From a virus (taxonomy: Duplodnaviria; Caudoviricetes): a stretch of 30,277 bases of DNA. The DNA lies in the IMG/VR virus record IMGVR_UViG_3300031951_000845, positions 1-30,277 of that record. One strand, written 5' to 3'. A model generated the notes under the pieces. That model worked only from the letters and a program-made list of their open reading frames with translations, was not told the origin of the DNA and ran no database searches. The translations under genes and the position numbers were made by a program. The stretch's first letter is position 1, and every line of letters begins with the position of its first letter. Positions 8,629 through 14,655 of the stretch are shown here, piece by piece.

Positions 8629-8822
8629 CCGATGATGAGTTCGTCGAGCGTTTCAATGAGTTGCATAAGTATATCTTGGAGCGATTCCATAAGAAGATTG
8701 ATTACGCGAAGATGAACCCTGACTCTCCCGCTTGCTTGCCTGATAAGAGATACTGGGAGGGTTGGAACGCTGGATTAGATTGGGCGCACCGTATCGTGCG
8801 TGGTGATAAATCCGCTGATTGA
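8625..8822 (+). CDS. Hypothetical protein
   Basis: ATGA overlap; YWEGWNAGL motif; last gene before the terminator. Confidence 0.7.
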   Translation: MTDDEFVERFNELHKYILERFHKKIDYAKMNPDSPACLPDKRYWEGWNAGLDWAHRIVRGDKSAD

Positions 8823-8827
8823 AATAG

Positions 8828-8868
8828 AAACACCCGCCACTGGGACTGGAACCAAGTGACGGGTGTTT
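8828..8868. terminator. Hairpin/terminator between convergent operons
   Basis: AAACACCCG(8828-8836)/CGGGTGTTT(8860-8868) with an inner CACT/AGTG stem. Confidence 0.75.
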
Positions 8869-8874
8869 GTCCTA

Positions 8875-9222
8875 TTATAGGGGCAAGAACTCACTTGCTG
8901 TCAAATCGTTGACTCCCCATTTCATAGCCTTGCGATAAAGCACACGCTGTTCTTCGGTCAAGCCTCCCCAAATCCCGTACTTCTCGTGGGCTAGTCCCCA
9001 TTCCATGCACGCATCCCGCACTGGGCATAGGTGGCACAGCATGCTGATGAACCTCTGTTGCTGTACTGGCTCTCGCCTGCCTTCGGGGTAGAACTGATTA
9101 GTGTCCATCCCCTTACACGATGCACCCTCGAACAAGTCGGGTTCATACTGGAGTTGGTAGTAGGTCAAGCCCTTAGACTCCCACTGCTTCTCAATCTCGT
9201 GATGCTCCGGCTTGATGTTCAT
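8875..9222 (-). CDS. whiB: WhiB-family Fe-S transcription factor
   Basis: ASC...C-x2-C-x5-C and YGIWGGLTEEQR; ATG 9222 overlaps the upstream stop. Confidence 0.92.
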   Translation of the reverse strand: MNIKPEHHEIEKQWESKGLTYYQLQYEPDLFEGASCKGMDTNQFYPEGRREPVQQQRFISMLCHLCPVRDACMEWGLAHEKYGIWGGLTEEQRVLYRKAMKWGVNDLTASEFLPL

Positions 9223-9665
9223 TAGTACCACCCTCTCGATAGGTTGCTTCCGAGTGCCTTGCAGATGTTGCCACCGTACTTGCGCTGGATATATGCAAGC
9301 CCTGCTTCAACCTGCACGAACCCGTTGTCTGTGCGCTTGAAGCCCACCAAGTCCCATGTGACCGGCATGAACTGGGCGATACCGTAGGCACCCGATGCTC
9401 TGTTGTATGCCTTGGGTCGCCAGTTGGATTCGCGTGTCCAGAGTTCGTGTAAACAAGACCACTGCTCCAACTTCCCCATCTGTGTGAGCATGTCCACTGC
9501 GTACCGTTGGTACTCGTTCTCGTGGTAAGCAACCACTGTGCCGACGACGGGGTGGTGTTCGATGTATCGACTGGTGCTTGCTCCATTAGGCTTGTCAAAG
9601 AATCGGTTGTCGATGGCTAAAGTTGCACCAACTACCAAAGCGTAAATCAATACCCGTCTAAACAC
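9222..9665 (-). CDS. Secreted/membrane-anchored lytic transglycosylase (SLT/Rpf-like)
   Basis: N-terminal hydrophobic segment; RESNW catalytic Glu, GAYGIAQ and GLAYIQRKYG motifs. Confidence 0.85.
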   Translation of the reverse strand: MFRRVLIYALVVGATLAIDNRFFDKPNGASTSRYIEHHPVVGTVVAYHENEYQRYAVDMLTQMGKLEQWSCLHELWTRESNWRPKAYNRASGAYGIAQFMPVTWDLVGFKRTDNGFVQVEAGLAYIQRKYGGNICKALGSNLSRGWY

Positions 9666-10017
9666 GAGGCACCTCTTTCGCTACATGTCTGATGAACTCG
9701 ACAATCCACTCCGGCACATCCAAGTCGTACCCTTCCTCATCGGATGGACCCATCACGATGGCGTTGCCGAAGAGAATGTCCTCCCCGTTGAGTAAGAATG
9801 AAAGCCCACCCGCAACGGCGTTGATAGGTAGGTCGATGAGCCTGCCTTCCTCGTTCACATAGATGGTGGCAACCTCGTTCTCATAGGTGTGGTCGAAGAG
9901 GCGCACCGCTTCAATCAGACCTCCGACTACTTGCTGGTAGTCCTGCAACTGTGTAAACACACGGTGCTCCCATGTACTGCCAGGGTAGATGATGATTCCT
10001 TTGGCTCTTTCAGTCAT
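9658..10017 (-). CDS. DUF3846-like protein
   Basis: YQQVVGGLIEAV, YVNEEG...LPIN and LFGNAIVMG motifs; ATG 10017 follows GAGGAG. Confidence 0.75.
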   Translation of the reverse strand: MTERAKGIIIYPGSTWEHRVFTQLQDYQQVVGGLIEAVRLFDHTYENEVATIYVNEEGRLIDLPINAVAGGLSFLLNGEDILFGNAIVMGPSDEEGYDLDVPEWIVEFIRHVAKEVPRV

Positions 10018-10153
10018 GGTACTGACTCTCCTCACTGTTCTTCTTGATGTCGTTGATGGTTGGTTCTGTGTGTCGCTCACACCACCGACACATCCCCTTC
10101 CTTTGGATTTGGATGGGGGTGTGTGGGTAGGTGTTACAGATGGGGCATTTCAT
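10010..10153 (-). CDS. 47-aa zinc-ribbon microprotein
   Basis: MKCPICNTYPHTPIQIQRKGMCRWCERHTEPTINDIKKNSEESQYHD. Confidence 0.7.
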   Translation of the reverse strand: MKCPICNTYPHTPIQIQRKGMCRWCERHTEPTINDIKKNSEESQYHD

Positions 10154-10286
10154 GATTCGCTTTCCCTTCTTCGATGCTCTTCTTTAGGTCGTTGATAGTG
10201 GGCGCGAGTCCTTCGTCCTCGCACTGTGTGAAGTGCTTGCTCAGTGTGCGATTACTGTACCGTTCACCGCAGACACCGCACCTCAT
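10134..10286 (-). CDS. 50-aa C2HC zinc-finger microprotein
   Basis: MRCGVCGERYSNRTLSKHFTQCEDEGLAPTINDLKKSIEEGKANHEMPHL. Confidence 0.7.
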   Translation of the reverse strand: MRCGVCGERYSNRTLSKHFTQCEDEGLAPTINDLKKSIEEGKANHEMPHL

Positions 10287-10381
10287 CGTTCGCTTTCCTT
10301 GAAGTCATCACGGCATCCGTCACACCACTTGCTTACTGATGTGCGGGGTTCGTTGCACTCGCAGATTTCGCAGAGCCTCAT
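10283..10381 (-). CDS. 32-aa zinc-ribbon microprotein
   Basis: MRLCEICECNEPRTSVSKWCDGCRDDFKESER; ATGA overlaps at both ends. Confidence 0.65.
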   Translation of the reverse strand: MRLCEICECNEPRTSVSKWCDGCRDDFKESER

Positions 10382-10479
10382 GATAAGTCCAATGGGCAGT
10401 GCTTCTTGTGGCTTTCGCTGATGTCACGCTCACAACTAGAGCACACGAGGCGCTCGCCTTGGCGGATGTAGTTGCTCAT
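10378..10479 (-). CDS. 33-aa C2HC zinc-finger microprotein
   Basis: MSNYIRQGERLVCSSCERDISESHKKHCPLDLS; ATGA overlaps at both ends. Confidence 0.6.
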   Translation of the reverse strand: MSNYIRQGERLVCSSCERDISESHKKHCPLDLS

Positions 10480-10724
10480 GTGTTTAGACACCTCATCATC
10501 TCGTTGAGTTCGGAATAGGACAACTGCTTGCTGATGTAGTTGCAACCGTCCGGCGTTTTCCTGTCGGTCAGTCCGGCAACCTTGACCCAATCGCGGTACG
10601 GCATGGCTCCACTGTATGCCTTCATGAAGAGTGTCGCCGATAGATAGAGTGGGTACTCGTTGTTGATGTAGAGCGCCACATTCCATGTCTCGTAGTTCTT
10701 CCAGCCTTGGTAGGTTGTGCTCAT
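10476..10724 (-). CDS. Conserved phage hypothetical protein
   Basis: YQGWKNYETWNVALYINNE...TPDG motif typical of small phage early proteins. Confidence 0.75.
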   Translation of the reverse strand: MSTTYQGWKNYETWNVALYINNEYPLYLSATLFMKAYSGAMPYRDWVKVAGLTDRKTPDGCNYISKQLSYSELNEMMRCLNT

Positions 10725-10891
10725 TAGAAGGGGCGCTCCTCACTGTTGGCTAGGCGCTGTTGCAGAATTTTGTTCACCTTGCGGAGTTCTTTGTACGCCT
10801 GCTCCAGACGCGAGTGTTGGATGGTTGTGTAAACAAGCAAGCCCACCGACACTGCTGAGACTGCGGTAAGGGCGAGGATTGTTCCAGTCAT
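10724..10891 (-). CDS. Small membrane-anchored coiled-coil protein
   Basis: GAAAGGA SD; TM helix followed by a coiled coil; TAATG coupling to the next gene. Confidence 0.7.
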   Translation of the reverse strand: MTGTILALTAVSAVSVGLLVYTTIQHSRLEQAYKELRKVNKILQQRLANSEERPF

Positions 10892-10927
10892 GATGTTCCT
10901 TTCTGTGTGAGTATTTCCCACATGCAG

Positions 10928-10986
10928 AGGATGGCACTGCGCCAGATAAAAGTCAAGAAAGAAACCAAAAAATATAAAAAAGTTTT
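10928..10986 (-). promoter_or_regulatory. Leftward sigma70-type promoter with AT-rich UP element
   Basis: TTGACT (10956-10951), 17 nt, CATCCT (10933-10928). A/T tract at 10957-10986 and three GTCTAAAC sites upstream. Confidence 0.6.
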
Positions 10987-11074
10987 AGTGTCTAAACACT
11001 GAAGACCGTGGTTGCAGCGGCTTGTCTAAACACCTGGCTAATAATCATGCGGCGCGGTACTACTGTGTCTAAAC

Positions 11075-11106
11075 GAAGAAGCCCCCCACCTGTTGGCGAG
11101 GGGCTG
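11075..11106 (-). terminator. Terminator after the amidotransferase gene
   Basis: Minus strand AGCCCCTCGCC-AACA-GGTGGGGGGCT followed by TCTTCGTTT. Confidence 0.65.
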
Positions 11107-11121
11107 TCTGCGTGGCGTGGG

Positions 11122-11910
11122 TTAGATGGCAAGTTGCTCCGTCTCCTCGTCTGTCCATCCATCGTACTCCCACCATCCGCGATAACTCTTGGTTGACTTG
11201 CGCGGGGTAAATCGGTTGAACTCGACAATCTTGCCAGCCTTGACCTTGAAGTACTCGCCCTCGGAGGCGCTGTATTTCCAAGCGAGGTCGCTGTCTAGCA
11301 TGATGCCAGCGTGTTCGATAGTTTCCTCGGTGGAGCCATAGACAAGTGAGCCACCAGTCGTCTGACCAATCCAGAGTGGGGATGAGTTGACTCGTGCAAG
11401 GTGCAGGGTGTCGGGCTTGTCCTGTTCAAGCCAAGCCAGCGATGCGGTGCCCTCCACCTCGGTGAGGAGTTGGGTCGGGTGGTCTTTGCCGAAGGCGAGG
11501 AGTGCGGTCACTGCCTCGGAGTCAACAAGTCCGTGTCGCTTGACCCGTAACTGTCTAAACAAGTCCTTGTCGTTGGCGATGTGCCCGTTGTGTGTGAGCA
11601 CGATGCGCCCGCGAGGGATGGGGTGGTTGTTGTTGTTGTTCTGCGGTGTGCCTTGCGTTGCCCATCGCGTGTGCAAGATAGCGGTTTGTGCCCGCCTGCA
11701 TAGGTGAGCGCCTGCCCTGCGCACATATTGTGAGGCAGGGATAGGTGCCTTGCGGATGACCCGCCCGCCGGAGCCTGAGTCAATCCATGCTGAGCCGGTC
11801 GCGTGTTGTCCGCGGTGTTCGATGTCGAGAAGCATCTGACCTGCAAGGTCTGCAATCTCGGCGGTCTGATGTTGCTGAGTGCTGAGGCAATAGCCTGCGA
11901 TTCCACACAT
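11122..11910 (-). CDS. Class II (Ntn) glutamine amidotransferase
   Basis: N-terminal MCGIAG, HRG, HTRWAT, NHP, HNGHI and VDSE motifs. Confidence 0.92.
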   Translation of the reverse strand: MCGIAGYCLSTQQHQTAEIADLAGQMLLDIEHRGQHATGSAWIDSGSGGRVIRKAPIPASQYVRRAGAHLCRRAQTAILHTRWATQGTPQNNNNNHPIPRGRIVLTHNGHIANDKDLFRQLRVKRHGLVDSEAVTALLAFGKDHPTQLLTEVEGTASLAWLEQDKPDTLHLARVNSSPLWIGQTTGGSLVYGSTEETIEHAGIMLDSDLAWKYSASEGEYFKVKAGKIVEFNRFTPRKSTKSYRGWWEYDGWTDEETEQLAI

Positions 11911-11964
11911 GTTAGTTAGTCTCCAGTCTGTCGGGTTGTTGAGGGGCTGAGTATAGCACTGTGC

Positions 11965-12120
11965 TCATCGCACATCTCCACCATCGCGCCGGATTTCTTC
12001 CCGACACTCTTGGCACATCGCATCCCGCCGGAAGTACTCTCGCCCGCGGGTGTTCTTCTTCTTTAGCCAGACGATAGAAATATCCTTCTCCTCTTGGCAG
12101 TGTAAACACATCGTGCTCAT
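11965..12120 (-). CDS. 51-aa zinc-ribbon microprotein
   Basis: MSTMCLHCQEEK...DAMCQECREEIRRDGGDVR; ATGA overlaps. Confidence 0.65.
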   Translation of the reverse strand: MSTMCLHCQEEKDISIVWLKKKNTRGREYFRRDAMCQECREEIRRDGGDVR

Positions 12121-12191
12121 CGTTCACATCCTTTGCATGAAGGGCGCAGGCAATCCCCGCAGATGACTCTTTCGTTTAGACGGTCGCTCAT
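12117..12191 (-). CDS. 24-aa Cys-rich micropeptide
   Basis: MSDRLNERVICGDCLRPSCKGCER; ATGA overlaps at both ends. Confidence 0.55.
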   Translation of the reverse strand: MSDRLNERVICGDCLRPSCKGCER

Positions 12192-12337
12192 GAGTTACCG
12201 TCCAGGCATTCGATGACGGTACCGAAGCACCATCCGGAGCCATCCCACCAGATATGGGTGGCGATGTAGTAGATGCCAGTAATGGCGAGCGTGGTGAGGA
12301 GGGCGACAACGATGCGCCCGCGCTTGGTCAGTTTCAT
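12188..12337 (-). CDS. 49-aa membrane protein
   Basis: MKLTKRGR, a TM helix, then IWWDGSGWCFGTVIECL. Confidence 0.7.
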   Translation of the reverse strand: MKLTKRGRIVVALLTTLAITGIYYIATHIWWDGSGWCFGTVIECLDGNS

Positions 12338-12339
12338 GT

Positions 12340-12504
12340 TTAGACATTCCTTCCGGTTGCGTGCTCGTGCTCTGCCTTCTGCGTGATGTAATTGAGTTCC
12401 GCGCTATACCTGAGGAGAAGGTCTAGGAGGTCTTGATGATTGGCAGAAATGTCGAGGGTTCCGACTTTCCATAACCATGCGGTGAGTTGCTCTTGCGCTT
12501 TCAT
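12340..12504 (-). CDS. 54-aa hypothetical protein
   Basis: AGACTGGAG SD; MKAQEQLTAWLWKV...; ends GTC TAA AC ATG. Confidence 0.6.
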   Translation of the reverse strand: MKAQEQLTAWLWKVGTLDISANHQDLLDLLLRYSAELNYITQKAEHEHATGRNV

Positions 12505-12551
12505 GATTCTCCAGTCTTGTCTAAACGCTGACGGTCTTTCCGTCGCGTTCG

Positions 12552-12592
12552 TGGGGTGGGCGGGAGTTGCACCCGCCTACGCTGTCCACCCC
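12552..12592 (-). ncRNA. tRNA-like acceptor/T-arm minihelix (candidate)
   Basis: GGGGTGG-ACAGCGTAG-GCGGG-TGCAACT-CCCGC-CCACCCC-A: a 7-bp stem and a 5-bp stem with a 7-nt T-loop-like loop. Confidence 0.5.
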
Positions 12593-12601
12593 TGCCCGCG
12601 G

Positions 12602-13327
12602 TTAGCGGGCTAGTTCGTCCGCTCTGCCTTTGAGGTAACGGTTGGTTGCCTCGCTGAGGGTTCCCACAAGGGTGAGAAGGTCGAGGAGTTCGCCTACCTT
12701 GGCAACTCTGTCCACGGGTTGGCTCCACTCGTTGGAGTGGTCTAAACGGCTTCCCGCCTTGGAGTAGTTCGCGATGGCGCTGACGAACTCTGCCCATGCT
12801 TTGACCTTGGAGCCGTTGAGAGTTCCGTGATGTAGGCGTACCTCCACGGTTCCGTGGTTACGGTACGCATCGAAGTTGAGGGAGCGATAGCGCCCATTTA
12901 GTCCGATGTTGCGGATGGAGCCGTTGCGGATTGTCTCCACTTGAGAATCGAGTTCCGCAAGCGCCACCGGCACGCAAAACCGATTGTTTAGACGGGATGG
13001 AGCAACGAGCGCGCCGATGGTGGCATGCGCGAGGTTCCAGTTCCACGCGAGATTCGCCAAGCCCTCCAGCCCGTATTCATCCGCGCCAAGATGGACATGG
13101 AGTCCGCACTGCTTGTTCACGGTTGCGCCACCGATGCGGAGTGCACGGGTTGCGGTCTTTGCCTCGTCTAAACGCTCGGCGGTCAGAATCGGGCTAACTG
13201 CCTCGGCGCTGACATGATGCGTTCCGTCACGCTTGACCTGCCAAGCGATGCCGGCGCGGTTGATGAGGGATTGAGCGCTCGGGATGGATATGTCGCTCAC
13301 CTCTAGTTCGATTCCGAAAGTTTCCAT
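12602..13327 (-). CDS. Putative amidoligase (COOH-NH2 ligase, Amidoligase_2-like)
   Basis: TFGIELE, DGT...EAVSP, CGLHVH, RYRSLNF and TVEVRLHHGT motifs. Confidence 0.88.
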   Translation of the reverse strand: METFGIELEVSDISIPSAQSLINRAGIAWQVKRDGTHHVSAEAVSPILTAERLDEAKTATRALRIGGATVNKQCGLHVHLGADEYGLEGLANLAWNWNLAHATIGALVAPSRLNNRFCVPVALAELDSQVETIRNGSIRNIGLNGRYRSLNFDAYRNHGTVEVRLHHGTLNGSKVKAWAEFVSAIANYSKAGSRLDHSNEWSQPVDRVAKVGELLDLLTLVGTLSEATNRYLKGRADELAR

Positions 13328-13354
13328 GGTTCCAGTCTCCTATCGTCTAAACGG

Positions 13355-13900
13355 TTAGTTGGCTTCGGTGAATGATTGATGGCATGCAGGGCACACGGGT
13401 GTGCCTAAACGGTCAAGCGTGGCACGCGAGACTCGGGCGATATAGTTGCAGGGGAGGCACGCCACCTTCAAGAGGCGGGTGGTCTGCTTCTTGACCTCCG
13501 GCAGGGTGACGGAGGCGTGAGGGTAGGCGGGGAGTTGGCTGAGGATGTTCTCAGCCCATGATGGCAAGCCCTCCGCGTTTAGACGGAGCGCTTGGATTGC
13601 TTGGCGATAGGTGGCTCCTTGCTTGTAATCGCCAAGCACTACGGCTACGAGGAGAGGGAGCACGGCACGCGCCACCTCTTCATCGGTGTCGATTTCCGGA
13701 GTGACAAAAACCTCGGCATTGAACTCATCGGAGTTAGTCGGAGGGATGAGGGAGGCGGTTACCTTCTTGCGCTTGCCTTGAGTTGCAGGGAATCCGCAGG
13801 AGAGGCGAACGGACACCTCCTCTTCGGCATAGGGGTAGTGATTGGTTATGAATGGAATGGCGCGATTCGCCAACTCTTTCAGCCATGTCTCGCGATTCAT
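13355..13900 (-). CDS. SprT-like protein lacking HExxH, with C-terminal zinc ribbon
   Basis: RETWL, RLSCGFP, EVFVTP, YPHA and KQTTRLLKVACLPCNY...CPAC motifs. Confidence 0.65.
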   Translation of the reverse strand: MNRETWLKELANRAIPFITNHYPYAEEEVSVRLSCGFPATQGKRKKVTASLIPPTNSDEFNAEVFVTPEIDTDEEVARAVLPLLVAVVLGDYKQGATYRQAIQALRLNAEGLPSWAENILSQLPAYPHASVTLPEVKKQTTRLLKVACLPCNYIARVSRATLDRLGTPVCPACHQSFTEAN

Positions 13901-13982
13901 GTCTTGCTCCAGTCTTAGAACACTTGTTCTAATCGCTACGGGTGGCGCTTTGCCACCTCGTCATTATTCAGTTGTAGTGCGC

Positions 13983-14019
13983 ATCTTTGTCCTCGTGCCG
14001 GTAGGTGTCAAGTCTAAAC
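13983..14019 (-). promoter_or_regulatory. Leftward early promoter with a GTCTAAAC site abutting -35
   Basis: Perfect TTGACA (14011-14006), 17 nt, AAAGAT (13988-13983); the motif lies at 14012-14019. Confidence 0.55.
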
Positions 14020-14439
14020 GGGCAAGTCGCAAAGATTTTTTTATGAGACGGCATCTCAATATGTGAGACGGGAAGAGGGTTAGGTTGTTGAACTTTCAAC
14101 TACCTGCCGGAGGATGCGGGGCGGGGCGATGTCCGCGGGGCAGGTGTCTAAACGCGGGCAGGGCAGACCATGCGGGGCGCGGGGCTATGTCTGCACGGGG
14201 CGCGACTAGGGATGAGGGAGTAAGTGCCACCGCGCCCGCTAGTGCTTGCTCCTGCCAATGCTTGGCATGCCATGCCTTGCAAAGTGATGAGTGATTGCAT
14301 GCAAAAGCGCTTGCAAGTGGATGAGCGAGACCCCAGGGTTTATAAAATGGGGGCGAGCGTGTGTGTATATCTCTACCTACATAAGTTTGCTAGGATTCGT
14401 ATATGCCTTCTGACCTGCACTTTTACTACATCCATAGGA

Positions 14440-14500
14440 TGTGGCATAAATCACACCCCAGAAAGTGTCCGGTAGGACCCTTCTGGACACCTATAGTATA
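14440..14500 (+). promoter_or_regulatory. Probable rightward (late) promoter region
   Basis: TGTGG-N6-TCACA (CRP-like) at 14440-14455; inverted GTGTCC/GGACAC at 14465-14490; TATAGT at 14492-14497. Confidence 0.4.
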
Positions 14501-14655
14501 AGTGAGGAGGCGAAATCGCCGGAGCCTCCGAACGCTAAGCAGCGACCCCAAGGGTCGCCCCCTAAAAGAAGCCCTAACCTTCGGGCTTCGTTAGGACTAC
14601 GCCCTTCGGTTAGGAGTAAGCCCAAGGCTCCCATAAGCCCGCCTTGGTACAACCT

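Noticed and set aside
10378-10743. 121-aa minus-strand ORF from the track
   Set aside because: Most of it overlaps the better 82-aa gene out of frame. Only the last 33 codons from ATG 10479 look genuine.
10990-11074. Three TGTCTAAAC copies spaced 34 and 43 nt apart as a mini-CRISPR array
   Set aside because: The repeat is only 9 bp, spacing is irregular, and the same word is dispersed genome-wide. The Cas4-like gene is a common stand-alone phage nuclease.
11626-11641. GTT microsatellite as a phase-variation tract
   Set aside because: It is an in-frame Asn run leading into the conserved NHP motif of the amidotransferase.
11912-12309. 71-aa and 61-aa minus-strand ORFs from the track
   Set aside because: Alternative frames give coupled, motif-bearing small ORFs that tile the region better.
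12552-12592. A bona fide tRNA gene
   Set aside because: Only 41 nt, with no D or anticodon arm and no CCA. Kept as a tRNA-like element instead.
237-14153. GTCTAAAC/GTTTAGAC as integron attC core sites
   Set aside because: They do not fit RYYYAAC/GTTRRRY paired hairpins, many lie inside genes, and no integrase is present.
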